Assembly (NCBI GenBank): GCA_040753015.1
Contig: JBFMHM010000003.1
Coordinates: 83,463-147,462 of the forward strand
Origin: Candidatus Omnitrophota bacterium
GTDB taxonomy: Bacteria > Omnitrophota > Gorgyraeia > Gygaellales > JBFMHM01
Length of the DNA stretch: 64,000 bases
Direction: 5' to 3'
The translations under genes and the position numbers were made by a program. The notes under the pieces are model-generated. The model had not been told where the DNA came from and searched no databases. It saw only the letters and a program-made list of their open reading frames with translations. How positions within the stretch are numbered: position 1 is the first letter of the stretch; the number at the start of each line of letters is the position of its first letter. Shown here in pieces: positions 1 through 10,247 of the stretch.

Positions 1-101
1 ATACTCCTATGGCCATGCTTGACTAAATATTTAGATAAATCAAGCACGCCTGTTTCAACACCTCCTATATTTAACTCTGGTACAACTTGTAATATATTCA
101 T
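1..101 (-). CDS. Glycosyltransferase family 4, N-terminus only (runs off window start)
   Basis: Manual translation from ATG at 101: MNILQVVPELNIGGVETGVLDLSKYLVKHGHRS, typical GT4 start (GGxE...GH). Not in the ORF track. Confidence 0.8.
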   Translation of the reverse strand, partial: MNILQVVPELNIGGVETGVLDLSKYLVKHGHRS

Positions 102-109
102 AATTTTGA

Positions 110-2077
110 TTAAAATAATCTAGATATTGCTTCTTTTAAAACAGGCCCATTATCTAATACATTAATCTTTGACCTTTGGTAAAATATCGATTTAATTGTC
201 TTTCCTATATCTTGCGGATTAACAAAATTAACATAATTTTCTTTAACTAGGGATTCTAAAAATAACTCGTGCTTTGTCCTTTTAGTCATGTTTAGCCTTC
301 GGCAATCAAAAACAATTACATATTTTCCCGAAGATGCTGCCTCAGAAATCATAGATATCGAATCACTAGATACAACTATTATATCGCATAATCCAAGCAT
401 ACCACCCAAGGCTTCAGGAATATTATTTTCACAAGCAATAATCAATAATTTACAATTATCTTCATTCTCAAATTCATTTTTAATTATCGTATCTATATTC
501 TTGGGCGTCCTTCTTGAAGTAGTAATAAAAATTTGCGCGCTTAACTCCTTGCTGACAGCTTTAATCTGGCTAACTAAATCTCTTATAATACACTCTTCTA
601 ATATTAAATCTTTCGTGTTGCCGCCCAACAAAATACCAATTTTAAATAACCCTCTGTCTTTATATCCAATCCTGCTGGCTAACATATCTTTCTGATTTTT
701 TAAATAATCTTTATCAATTAAATTTAATGCTCCTTGGGTAATAAAAATATTCTTATCTTGCTTTGGCCTGTCATGGCCGGGGATAATTGCGACATTAAAC
801 CTTTTATTAAAAATACCTGCACTCATCACTACTACTGAACGCGCATAATTTTCTTTAGTAATTATTAAATTAACTGCATGAGTACTCGCGCCGCAAGAAA
901 CAACGATATCACAAAAATTATTTGTTAATTCTAGGAAACAATTATTTTCTAATGTAAATTCGGTTAGTTTCATACAAGTAAAAATTTTACCAAAAATAAA
1001 AGTATATACGTTAAGTAAAAATTTTCTAAAATTGCTTCTAAATTTAACTGTAACAACTTTAATATTTAAATTAAACCCCTTACTTCTTTCATTAAATATG
1101 TTTTTAAATTCTTTCAAAAATGACTCTAATTGATGTAAATGCCCAGCTTTTCCATCGGTTAAAACTAAGATATTTTTATCTTGTGAGTATTTCCAACGTT
1201 TATGAAACCAGAAATATTCAGCCGGATGCTTTTTTACATATCCTTCCAAAATTTCATTTAATTTTTCAAGATTATAAAATACTGTTTCCTCCTGGGTATC
1301 TTTTTTCTCTAAGAAATAAGGCTTTAACATAGTTAGCTTTTGATAAGGCCCATTTTTACGAGCAATATATCCAGCAACTATTGGTGCATTAAATTTTAAA
1401 GCGAAACGTACCACGCCTGTCGGTGTTGGCGTAAGACGGCCAAAAAATTTAATAAACTTATCTTCTGTCCGGCCGCCCTGATCAATAACTAAACCAAACG
1501 CCTTATTCGATTTTAAAATTGACACTGCCTCACGCGAACCCATGCCTTTATAAACAACAAAACATTTTTTTTCACGACGAAGACTATCTAAATAATCACT
1601 AGCCATTTTAAATTTCTGTGGACGGGCTAAAATATAAAAATCAAAATTGCCTTTTTGAGGAATACCAATATGTAAGACTTCCCAGCTGCCAAAATGTGAA
1701 CCCATTAATACAACGCCTTTATCCTGATTTAAAAAATCCCTCACATAATCTAAACCCTCATCTTCTATATATTTATCAAGATAATTTTTGTCTATACGAG
1801 GCAGCATCAAGGCTTCGATAAAATTCATCCCCCAATTCAAATAAGTTTGCTTAAGTATCGTTTTAAGTTCCCTAGGGCTATATTCACAAGATAAGGCAAG
1901 TCGAATATTGCGATAGGCAGTTTTTTTTCTGTCTGTATTAAAAATAAATCCAAGCATCGCAACAGCCCTACCAATACCAAGAGATATTTTTAAAGGTAGA
2001 GAGCTAAAGAACCCACTTAATGCTCTAACCCAAATATACAGTAAATATTCTGCTAAATAATTTTGCTTCATCTTCAA
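110..2077 (-). CDS. Fusion: lipid A late acyltransferase (LpxL/HtrB family) + ELM1/GtrOC1-family putative glycosyltransferase
   Basis: N-half has HFGSWE, DQ and YFWFHKRWK motifs of LpxL; C-half has DGKAGH, GILLGG, TTSRRTP and DSISMISEAASSGK motifs of the ELM1 family. Start may be 2071. Confidence 0.8.
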   Translation of the reverse strand: MKMKQNYLAEYLLYIWVRALSGFFSSLPLKISLGIGRAVAMLGFIFNTDRKKTAYRNIRLALSCEYSPRELKTILKQTYLNWGMNFIEALMLPRIDKNYLDKYIEDEGLDYVRDFLNQDKGVVLMGSHFGSWEVLHIGIPQKGNFDFYILARPQKFKMASDYLDSLRREKKCFVVYKGMGSREAVSILKSNKAFGLVIDQGGRTEDKFIKFFGRLTPTPTGVVRFALKFNAPIVAGYIARKNGPYQKLTMLKPYFLEKKDTQEETVFYNLEKLNEILEGYVKKHPAEYFWFHKRWKYSQDKNILVLTDGKAGHLHQLESFLKEFKNIFNERSKGFNLNIKVVTVKFRSNFRKFLLNVYTFIFGKIFTCMKLTEFTLENNCFLELTNNFCDIVVSCGASTHAVNLIITKENYARSVVVMSAGIFNKRFNVAIIPGHDRPKQDKNIFITQGALNLIDKDYLKNQKDMLASRIGYKDRGLFKIGILLGGNTKDLILEECIIRDLVSQIKAVSKELSAQIFITTSRRTPKNIDTIIKNEFENEDNCKLLIIACENNIPEALGGMLGLCDIIVVSSDSISMISEAASSGKYVIVFDCRRLNMTKRTKHELFLESLVKENYVNFVNPQDIGKTIKSIFYQRSKINVLDNGPVLKEAISRLF

Positions 2078-3110
2078 TTTTTATCCTTAAAGGTAAAATA
2101 TAAATTTTAATTTGCGCATTATCAAATATTGATTTAAATTGTTCTAACCTAACCCAATCTTTTTCTGTAGTAAATATTATTTTATTATTCCTCATATTGC
2201 AAGATGCAACTATTTTATCTATATCGGCTTTCCTAAAAGAATAATGATCATAAAAATTAAATTCTAATATAATATCAAACCCGGAATTTAATAATATATT
2301 TTTAAAACTAAGGGGCGAGGCTATACTCGTAATAGTGCAAATCTTATTTTCTCTTATGATAGGCAAAATCAATTCATATGCAGCCTCAAAAATTAGCGCT
2401 TTTTTATTAAACTTATAAATAATTTTTTTTATATTATCAATATTTTCTTTTTTTATTAAATTTGATTTAGAAATAATTATAATATCTGCTCTAGCTATAG
2501 AGCTTAACGGCTCTCTTAATATACCTCTAGGTATAACCATAAAATTTCCAAAAGGATTAAGTGCATCAATAGCCAATATATTTAAATCTTTTCTAATTGA
2601 AAATTGCTGAAACCCATCATCTAATATAATTGTATCTACATTAAATTTATTCTTAGCGATTTCAGCACCTTTTTTTCTATCGCTATTAACTATAACCGGA
2701 ATATCAAGTTTTTGTTTTAATAAATATGGCTCATCCCCCATTATTTTATAATCTATTTTTGATTCTTGATTTTTTCCGCCTAAGGCGGATCTGCCTTTGG
2801 CAGAGATTTTTGATTTTCTTTTATATCCCCTTGTTAAAATAGCAGGCCTGCGGCCCTGATTAATCAGATAGCGTGCAATAAACTCGACGATCGGAGTTTT
2901 GCCTGTACCGCCCCAAGTAATATTACCCACACTTATAACTTTAAAAGGCAAAGTATATGTTTTAAAAATCTTCAATCTAAAACATAAAAGAACGATTCTT
3001 AACAATTCCGAATAAACCAAAGAAAGGCAAAAAAGATAAAATTTTATTAAACTTACAAAAATGCCTTTTTTATTATCAGTAATTATGGAATATAAATAAT
3101 CTTTCATCAT
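2025..3110 (-). CDS. lpxK: Tetraacyldisaccharide 4'-kinase
   Basis: SVGNITWGGTGKTP, LTRGY, GDEP, LDDGFQ, PRGILREP, DHY, TTEKD motifs; carries an in-frame repeat insertion after RGYKR. Confidence 0.95.
   Translation of the reverse strand: MMKDYLYSIITDNKKGIFVSLIKFYLFCLSLVYSELLRIVLLCFRLKIFKTYTLPFKVISVGNITWGGTGKTPIVEFIARYLINQGRRPAILTRGYKRKSKISAKGRSALGGKNQESKIDYKIMGDEPYLLKQKLDIPVIVNSDRKKGAEIAKNKFNVDTIILDDGFQQFSIRKDLNILAIDALNPFGNFMVIPRGILREPLSSIARADIIIISKSNLIKKENIDNIKKIIYKFNKKALIFEAAYELILPIIRENKICTITSIASPLSFKNILLNSGFDIILEFNFYDHYSFRKADIDKIVASCNMRNNKIIFTTEKDWVRLEQFKSIFDNAQIKIYILPLRIKIEDEAKLFSRIFTVYLG
2754..2818. repeat. Heptamer array (GATTTTT-like) inside lpxK, interrupted by the 30-bp twin-hairpin element
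   Basis: tattttt gattctt gattttt [2775-2804] gattttt gattttc. Confidence 0.75.
2775..2804. mobile_element. 30-bp twin-hairpin element, copy 1 (in frame in lpxK, encodes SAKGRSALGG)
   Basis: tccgcc-taa-ggcgga followed directly by tctgcc-ttt-ggcaga: two 6-bp stems with 3-nt loops. Confidence 0.85.
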
Positions 3111-3112
3111 TA

Positions 3113-4345
3113 CTACTGTTTAATGAATCCTTTAATTAACTCCAAATTAGCCTGGCTTGCGCCTCGATTATTTTTTAATAACTCTTTTGCCCTAATCCCT
3201 AGTTTTAATCTTTCATCAGTATCTTTGATTAATCTTCTTACTGCAAAATATAGCTCACTATAATCTCCCACAACAATTAAAGCATTGTTAGCTTTAAACA
3301 ATTCTACGATATCACGAAAATTGAAATAATGCCGGCCGATAATTATTGATTTCCCAAAAAATGCTGGTTCTAAAATATTTTGCCCCCCTCTTTTAACAAG
3401 ACTCGCACCAATATATACAATATCAGAAATTGAGTAAATAAGCGGCAAAATACCCAATACGTTAACTAAAAATACGCCGTTCCCAGAAATATCGTCTAAG
3501 GTTTTTACCTCTTTAACATAAAGTTTGAATTTAATAGAAATTAATCTCTTCAATTGGGCATTCCTTTCAATATGCCTAGGCGCAATTAATAAACGAAGAT
3601 TCGGAAATTCTTCTGCTAATTTCATAAAACAAGATAGTATACCAGATTCCTCCCCAAGATGGGTACTGCCACAAGTAAGCAGAATTTCATTATCAGCAAG
3701 CCTTCTCCTAATATTAGGATCTTTTTGCTGTATATCAAATTTCATATTCCCTATAACCTTAACTTTAGATATTTCTACTCCTAAAGAAATAAGCCTTGCC
3801 GCATCAGCTTGGGTTTGCATGGAAAACAAATGGATTCTATCCAGAATATTTTTAAATAAAAATTTACAAAAATGATACTTGTTATATGACCTATCTGAAA
3901 TTCTGCCGTTTATTATAACTATCGGAACTTTTCTTTTGTCTAATTGAATGATAAAATTTGGCCAAAATTCTGTCTCGACAATAATAACAAGCTTCGGATT
4001 TATCAATCTAATAAATCTAGACACAATAAAACTTAAATCAAATGGTAAATAAAATATATAATCAATACCTGGCAACCTTTCTGCTAACCTATTGCCTGTC
4101 GGAGTAACCGTCGAGATTACTAAAGAAAAATTGGGAAACTCATTTTTTAATCTCGGTATAAATTCTCTTAAACAATTCACCTCGCCAACGCTTACTGCAT
4201 GCAACCATATTGTTTTTTGGTTTTGTTTTCTTAACCCCAGGCCTAGCCGCTTTAAAAAATGCCTGCCGATTTTTTTCTTTAAAAAAGATAAAGACAAATA
4301 AAACACAAAACCAATTATAAAAATTAAATCATAAATTATAAGCAT
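3113..4345 (-). CDS. waaA: Kdo transferase
   Basis: WLHAVSVGE, ETEFWPN, NGRISDRS, GNMKFD, APRHIER, GGQNILEPA motifs. Confidence 0.95.
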   Translation of the reverse strand: MLIIYDLIFIIGFVFYLSLSFLKKKIGRHFLKRLGLGLRKQNQKTIWLHAVSVGEVNCLREFIPRLKNEFPNFSLVISTVTPTGNRLAERLPGIDYIFYLPFDLSFIVSRFIRLINPKLVIIVETEFWPNFIIQLDKRKVPIVIINGRISDRSYNKYHFCKFLFKNILDRIHLFSMQTQADAARLISLGVEISKVKVIGNMKFDIQQKDPNIRRRLADNEILLTCGSTHLGEESGILSCFMKLAEEFPNLRLLIAPRHIERNAQLKRLISIKFKLYVKEVKTLDDISGNGVFLVNVLGILPLIYSISDIVYIGASLVKRGGQNILEPAFFGKSIIIGRHYFNFRDIVELFKANNALIVVGDYSELYFAVRRLIKDTDERLKLGIRAKELLKNNRGASQANLELIKGFIKQ

Positions 4346-4346
4346 A

Positions 4347-5207
4347 TTATGCTCTCGGGTGAGCTTTTTCGTAAATCTTCTTCAATCTATCAGTGGTCAG
4401 GTGAGTATAAATTTGAGTTGTCGACAAATTGCTGTGCCCCAGTAATTCCTGGACTGAACGTAAATCTGCCCCTCTATTCAATAAATGTGTTGCAAAAGAA
4501 TGCCTTATGCTATGAGGAGAAAGCCCATTCTTTAAAGAAACCTTGTGAATATATTTTACAACAATACCTCTTATCCCGCGCAAGCTAATCCGCCGGCCAT
4601 TTTTATTTAAAAATACTGCCTGATTAGTATTATTTCTTCTATCTAAATATTTTTTAATTGCAAAGGTTGCCTTATCGCCAATTGGGACAAGCCTTTCTTT
4701 TTTGCCTTTACCCCTGACTTTTATCACAGACCCGATAAAATCAATATCTCTGTTATCCAAACCTGCAACTTCAGATATACGCATTCCTGTAGAATAAAAT
4801 GTTTCAAGTATTGCCCTATCACGCATAACTAAGATATCATTACCTTCGGGTGCTTGGACTAATCTTGTTGCTTCATCCTCGGTTAAAAACTGCGGTAGGT
4901 GTTTTTCTGATTTAGGGCTTAAGATACTCATTGCCGGATTATTTTTTAATATTCCGTCCTTAGTTAAAAATTTAAAGAAACTTCTAAGACATGACAACTT
5001 TCTTGAAATCGTGCGCTGTAATAAATTTTTGCTTTTAAGCAAGGCGAGGAACCTACGTATTGCTAAATAATCTATTTTCTGTATATCAATTTCCCCAAGA
5101 AAATTTTTAAATTCTTCAAGATCAATCTTATAATTTAAAAGCGTGTGTGCTGATGCACCCTTTTCTATTTCTAAATAGCGAATAAATTTTTCTATATACC
5201 TATCCAT
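4347..5207 (-). CDS. xerC: Tyrosine recombinase XerC
   Basis: TGMRISE, GKGKKER, HSIRHSFATHLL, LLGH, TTQIYTH; dprA-topA-xerC context. Confidence 0.9.
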   Translation of the reverse strand: MDRYIEKFIRYLEIEKGASAHTLLNYKIDLEEFKNFLGEIDIQKIDYLAIRRFLALLKSKNLLQRTISRKLSCLRSFFKFLTKDGILKNNPAMSILSPKSEKHLPQFLTEDEATRLVQAPEGNDILVMRDRAILETFYSTGMRISEVAGLDNRDIDFIGSVIKVRGKGKKERLVPIGDKATFAIKKYLDRRNNTNQAVFLNKNGRRISLRGIRGIVVKYIHKVSLKNGLSPHSIRHSFATHLLNRGADLRSVQELLGHSNLSTTQIYTHLTTDRLKKIYEKAHPRA

Positions 5208-7182
5208 TATCTTTCAGTTGTTCTGGTAGGTTATTAGCTATATAATTACATTTAGGAAAATTACTGCAACCATAGAATACACCTCTGCGCGACCTACGCT
5301 CAACAAGCTCACCACCACATCCTTCATTAGGACATTTAACGCCCGTAGTAATACTTTTTGAGAACTTACATTTTGGAAAATCTGGGCAGCTTAAGAACCT
5401 GCCGCGCCTGCCCCATTTAACAATTAAATTTTTTCCACAATCAGGGCAAATTTCATTTGTCTGGACTACTTCTTTTTCAATCCCTTTATAGGCAGCATCA
5501 AGCGTATCCTTAAAAGGCGCGTAGAAATCACGAATCAATTTTACCCAATCAAGCTTACCTTCTTCAACCTCATCAAGATCATCCTCCATATGCGCCGTAA
5601 ATTTTACATCCATAATTTTTGGAAAATTCTCTACCAATAAATCAGATACCTTTATGCCGAGGTCTGTTGGTTGTAAATATCCTTTTAAACGGTTAACATA
5701 TTGCCTAAAAGTTAAAGTTTGAATAATTGGGGCATAAGTGCTAGGACGGCCAATACCATCTTCTTCTAATTTTTTGACTAGCGAGCCTTCGGAGAATCTA
5801 GCTGGTGGCTTTGTAAAATGCTGACTTGGTGTTAATTGCACTAAATTCAATTTTTCTTTTTTCGTTAATTCTGGTAATTTGTTCTTTGTTTCATCTTCTT
5901 CAATATCATAAGCAGCGGTAAAACCTTTAAACTTTATTTGCGATGCGCTTGCCTTAAACAAATATTTACCGGCAATAATTTCAATTGAATATAGTGAATA
6001 TACTGCGGGCTTCATTTGTGAAGCAATAAATCTCTTATAAATAAGTTCATATAGCTTAAATTGATCTTTATCTAAAATTTTCTCTAATTCTTCTAACGAT
6101 AAATCAAGCGCTGTTGGACGAATTGCCTCGTGCGCTTCTTGCGCTGACTTCTTTGCCCGATATATATTTGGTGATTCGGGCAAATATTCTTTGCCATATG
6201 TTTGGGAGATAAAATTTCTCACTGATGCAAGCGCTTGATCATTTACACGAGGAGAATCTGTTCTCATATAAGTAATCAAACCAAAAGCTCCCCTGCCTTC
6301 AATTTCAATGCCCTCATAAAGCTCTTGAGCCATCTTCATCGTTTTTGCCGCACTAAACCTTAGTTTATTGAAGGCATCTTGTTGCATAGTGCTTGTGATA
6401 AACGGCGCATAAGGGTTACGCTTCTTTTCACTTGCCACAACATCACTAACAACAAATTCTTGTTTTTTGATATCTTCAACTACTTCATCTGTAATTTGTT
6501 TACTATCAATCTCTACTTTTTTATTTTCGATCTTTTCCAATCTTGCTATAAAAGTTTTGCCTTTTTCATTTTTACCTTTACGCGTTTCTAATTCTGCTTC
6601 GATTTGCCAATATTCTTGTGACTTAAACGCTAATATCTCTTTTTCTCTTTCAACGATTAATCTTAAAGCAACTGATTGCACTCGCCCTGCACTTAAACCT
6701 CTGACTACTTTTTTCCATAAAAGCGGGCTTAAGAAATAACCCACAATTCTATCTAAGACACGGCGAGCTGTTTGTGCATTAACCATATCTGGATTTAATT
6801 TAAGCGGGTGTGCAATTGCTTCTTTAAAGGCATCTTTTGTAACCTCGTGAAAAATAAGCCTGAAGAATCTTTTTGACTTTCCGTCAAGATTTTGCATTAT
6901 ATGCCAACTAATTGCCTCACCTTCCCTATCAGGATCAGTTGCCAGATAAATAATATCATTATTTTTTACCTGTTTCTTAATCTCGGAAAAAATTTTTTTC
7001 TTTAAAGTGATTATCTTATATTCTGGCTTAAAATTATCTTCTAGATCAACACCCAAACTTGATTTTGGTAAATCGAATACATGGCCGCCTGAAGCAATAA
7101 TCTTATAATCCTTACCTAAAAATTTACCGATTGTTTTTGCCTTTGTTGGAGACTCAACTATAATCAATAATTTTTCGCTCAT
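5200..7182 (-). CDS. topA: DNA topoisomerase I
   Basis: IVESPTKAKTI, ATDPDREGE, SAGRVQS, ITYMRTD, C-terminal zinc ribbons. Confidence 0.97.
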   Translation of the reverse strand: MSEKLLIIVESPTKAKTIGKFLGKDYKIIASGGHVFDLPKSSLGVDLEDNFKPEYKIITLKKKIFSEIKKQVKNNDIIYLATDPDREGEAISWHIMQNLDGKSKRFFRLIFHEVTKDAFKEAIAHPLKLNPDMVNAQTARRVLDRIVGYFLSPLLWKKVVRGLSAGRVQSVALRLIVEREKEILAFKSQEYWQIEAELETRKGKNEKGKTFIARLEKIENKKVEIDSKQITDEVVEDIKKQEFVVSDVVASEKKRNPYAPFITSTMQQDAFNKLRFSAAKTMKMAQELYEGIEIEGRGAFGLITYMRTDSPRVNDQALASVRNFISQTYGKEYLPESPNIYRAKKSAQEAHEAIRPTALDLSLEELEKILDKDQFKLYELIYKRFIASQMKPAVYSLYSIEIIAGKYLFKASASQIKFKGFTAAYDIEEDETKNKLPELTKKEKLNLVQLTPSQHFTKPPARFSEGSLVKKLEEDGIGRPSTYAPIIQTLTFRQYVNRLKGYLQPTDLGIKVSDLLVENFPKIMDVKFTAHMEDDLDEVEEGKLDWVKLIRDFYAPFKDTLDAAYKGIEKEVVQTNEICPDCGKNLIVKWGRRGRFLSCPDFPKCKFSKSITTGVKCPNEGCGGELVERRSRRGVFYGCSNFPKCNYIANNLPEQLKDNG

Positions 7183-7898
7183 TTTCCCTCACAAATCAGT
7201 GTTTTATTTTTTATAAAAGGCGCAATCTCTTCTAATATGTCATTAACCGACGTGGTTAATTTTGCACCATCTTTTATCAACTCATTTGTACCAAAAGAAT
7301 TATCTGAATCTAATTTTCCCGGCAGACTAAACACTTCTCTACCCTGTTCAAGAGCACATCGCGCACTAATTAAAGCACCGCTATTTTTTGCTGCTTCCAC
7401 AACAACTACTCCCAACGAAAGCCCAGTGACAATACGATTTCGTTTAGGGAAATTCTCCCGGCGCGGCCCCATATCTAAAGGATACTCTGAAATTACTGCA
7501 CCGTTTTGAGAAATTTTTTCTACTAAGCCTTTATTTTCTGGCGGATAAACACTTAAAAGCCCGCTGCCTAAAACGGCAATCGTCCTGCCATTGGCTTTTA
7601 AAGCGCCTAAATGTGCTTTTGTATCTATTCCACGCGCAAGACCAGACACAACTGTTATTCCAAGATTTGCTAAATCAAACCCAAATTTTTCTGCCTGTAT
7701 TAGACCATAACTTGATGCAAGGCGCGAACCAACAATTGCAATTGATAAATTATCTTCTTCTCTTAACTCGCCCTTAACGTAAAGAGCTTTTGGTGGATCA
7801 AAAATTTTTTTTAAAATTTCCGGATAACCTGCATCTGAAATTGAAATAATCTTTATTTTGTGTTTTGCCGCTAATTCCAGTTCTTTTTTATCAATCAT
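7179..7898 (-). CDS. dprA: DNA-processing protein DprA (core Rossmann domain only)
   Basis: AIVGSR, VSGLARGID, FPKRNRIV, SGALISA motifs. Confidence 0.92.
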   Translation of the reverse strand: MIDKKELELAAKHKIKIISISDAGYPEILKKIFDPPKALYVKGELREEDNLSIAIVGSRLASSYGLIQAEKFGFDLANLGITVVSGLARGIDTKAHLGALKANGRTIAVLGSGLLSVYPPENKGLVEKISQNGAVISEYPLDMGPRRENFPKRNRIVTGLSLGVVVVEAAKNSGALISARCALEQGREVFSLPGKLDSDNSFGTNELIKDGAKLTTSVNDILEEIAPFIKNKTLICEGK

Positions 7899-8401
7899 TA
7901 AACTTTAAATAATTGAAGTATCTTGCCAGTTATATCTTCGACGGATAAACCTGTTGTATCAACAGCGTGATCGGCTAATTCGTAATATGGCTTGCGGATA
8001 TGCAGCAATTCTTTAATCTTTTCGAGAGGATTTGGCACTTTCAAAAGCGGACGGCTTTTGTCATCTTTAATTCTCTCGTAAATTTCTTCTGCTGGCGCAT
8101 TTAGGCAAATTACAATACCACTTTTTTTTAAGGTTTGGACATTTTCTTTATCTAAAAGTACCCCGCCGCCGCAAGAAACGACTAAATTATTTTTTTCTGA
8201 TATCTCTAAAACTAGCTGTTTTTCAATTTTTCTAAAAAAAGTTTCTCCGCCTTTTTCAAATATTTCATTGATCGAACAGCCTTCTTTTTTAACAATTTCT
8301 TCATCTAAATCTAAATATGGCCTGCTTAATTTGTGGCTCAGCATTTTAGCAACAGCCGTCTTACCCGTCCCCATAAAACCAACTAAATAGATATTCTTCA
8401 C
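7898..8401 (-). CDS. aroK: Shikimate kinase
   Basis: GFMGTGKT P-loop, DLD, GGG, RPLL; GTG start. Confidence 0.95.
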   Translation of the reverse strand: MKNIYLVGFMGTGKTAVAKMLSHKLSRPYLDLDEEIVKKEGCSINEIFEKGGETFFRKIEKQLVLEISEKNNLVVSCGGGVLLDKENVQTLKKSGIVICLNAPAEEIYERIKDDKSRPLLKVPNPLEKIKELLHIRKPYYELADHAVDTTGLSVEDITGKILQLFKV

Positions 8402-8419
8402 GACTTCAATCGCTTATCT

Positions 8420-9436
8420 CTATATTTTATTTACAATTATTGAACAAGACTGACTATAAGCATCAGCATACTTAAGCGTAATCTCATAATTTCCAATAAC
8501 CTTTTTATCTGGCTGGCCACTAACACTTTTCATGTGTATTTCTTTTTGATCACCATTATAATTTATAACAAAATGCGCATCGCTAAAATCACCGGTATCG
8601 GAATGCGCCGTTAATGCCTTAAGAAATCGAATAGACATATTCGTTCCGGCAATTGACACTTTTTCTCCATAATTCATTTCAATAGGAATACCGAGGGCTC
8701 TTTTGACGTTAATAAGTTTAAATGACCTCATAAATCTTAAGGTCGCGTGCTTATCATCTCCCTCATCTTTAGGCACAACCGCTAAGACTCGATACAATCT
8801 GTCTTCGTGCAGTAATAATCTGATTCGCATAATATATTCGCCATGGGAAAATTTTGCTTCTCTGGCACTACAATCATTAATCACGATATCCTTATTATAC
8901 AGCAATTTATCTTCGCCGGAAGCCTCAAAAGATTTTATAATCGCATCATAAGTTTTAATTATACCAGCGCCCTCCGAAACAATATTATAACTGACAACGT
9001 AATAATTCTTATCGTTATTCAAACTAACCGAATTCTTATAAATAGTAAGGCTTCCCCATTCTAAAAACGGTTGGTTAACCACTTCTTTCTTGGGTTCCGC
9101 TGGAAAATCTATGCTATAATTAAACTCTTCAAAATCATATTTTTTCCAAATGAATTTTTCTTCAGCCAACGCAGATGCGCAGAGAAAAAACTTTAGAATC
9201 CCGAATATAACCAAAACAAAGCCCAAAAATTTTAATAATTTTCTCCATTTATTATGCCATACTCTCCTTTTATCTTCATTTCTTTTAAAATAAGCAATTT
9301 TATTGAATCCGAGTAAAATCGCAAAAACACCTATACCTATAGCGATACTTGAAACAGATAAACAACCAATAAAATCACGCATCATCGAATTAACGAGTGA
9401 ATTAATCGCTATCCCTAAACTATCTGCGAATCTCAT
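8420..9436 (-). CDS. Hypothetical membrane-anchored protein
   Basis: 338-aa ORF with SD (GGAGG), two N-terminal hydrophobic segments and a soluble C-terminal part. Confidence 0.65.
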   Translation of the reverse strand: MRFADSLGIAINSLVNSMMRDFIGCLSVSSIAIGIGVFAILLGFNKIAYFKRNEDKRRVWHNKWRKLLKFLGFVLVIFGILKFFLCASALAEEKFIWKKYDFEEFNYSIDFPAEPKKEVVNQPFLEWGSLTIYKNSVSLNNDKNYYVVSYNIVSEGAGIIKTYDAIIKSFEASGEDKLLYNKDIVINDCSAREAKFSHGEYIMRIRLLLHEDRLYRVLAVVPKDEGDDKHATLRFMRSFKLINVKRALGIPIEMNYGEKVSIAGTNMSIRFLKALTAHSDTGDFSDAHFVINYNGDQKEIHMKSVSGQPDKKVIGNYEITLKYADAYSQSCSIIVNKI

Positions 9437-9492
9437 TTTCTTAACCTCCTGCGATTTACGGCCTTCGCCTATCTCGATTATTTACCGCCTAA

Positions 9493-10095
9493 TCAAATAT
9501 CAATTAATTGCAGCTCAATAAAATCTTTATTAGCGCCATATCCGCTTCGATAACTTATCAGCCCTTTATCCTTCTCCCATGTAAACGATTCATAATATCC
9601 CGTAGAAACTTGATTATTGTATGAGCGATATTCTCGTTTGTGCCCATTTATTTCTAGACAAGAATGAAATCCGGGTTCATTTTTGCTTAAAGTATCTTTT
9701 ATCTCCTTATCTTGACAAACAATTAAACTATAATTTGGCGCTTCTCCACCTGCTTTCAACCTATCGAGATTTTTTTCAGTCGGCTCTATTTTATATATTT
9801 TATCTGGTTGCACGTAAAAATAGCCCAACCTCAAACGTTCCTCTGGGATGCCTTCAATACGGTCAAGTTTCAATTCATATAATTTACCATATTTAAGTTT
9901 AGCCGCTTCATTAATGTTTAATTTTACATCTTTTTCAACAATACAATCAAATAAAAATTTCCCCTTATAATTCAAATTTGAAATATTGTTTTTTAAAAAA
10001 AATGGATTCCCTGTAATTTCTGCATTAGCAATATTTGTTGAAGCGCAATGGATTAACAGTATAAAATAAAAAATAAAGCAAACAATTTTTTTCAT
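9493..10095 (-). CDS. Hypothetical exported protein
   Basis: MKK + hydrophobic stretch + ANA signal-peptide pattern. Confidence 0.65.
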   Translation of the reverse strand: MKKIVCFIFYFILLIHCASTNIANAEITGNPFFLKNNISNLNYKGKFLFDCIVEKDVKLNINEAAKLKYGKLYELKLDRIEGIPEERLRLGYFYVQPDKIYKIEPTEKNLDRLKAGGEAPNYSLIVCQDKEIKDTLSKNEPGFHSCLEINGHKREYRSYNNQVSTGYYESFTWEKDKGLISYRSGYGANKDFIELQLIDI

Positions 10096-10183
10096 TAATT
10101 ACGTCCCCGTGGTCATAACTCCAAACATATGTTTTTCGCCATAACTTAAGCAATTCTAACATAATAGGCATAAGGAATCAAAC

Positions 10184-10228
10184 AAAAAGCCGCCAGTAAT
10201 ACAGTGTTCCAATGCTAGCGGCTTTTTT
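10184..10228. terminator. Intrinsic terminator, probably bidirectional
   Basis: aaaaagccgccag...ctagcggctttttt with A/T tracts on both sides, downstream of the CARDB gene. Confidence 0.8.
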
Positions 10229-10247
10229 GCTAATAATATATAAATAA

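Noticed and set aside
4347-5207. Tyrosine recombinase as a possible prophage or island integrase
   Set aside because: Size, motifs and dprA-topA-xerC context match housekeeping XerC.
10096-10143. Tiny ORF MAKNICLEL behind a promoter-like sequence, faintly like the aroK N-terminus
   Set aside because: Similarity needs a frameshift and covers too few residues.
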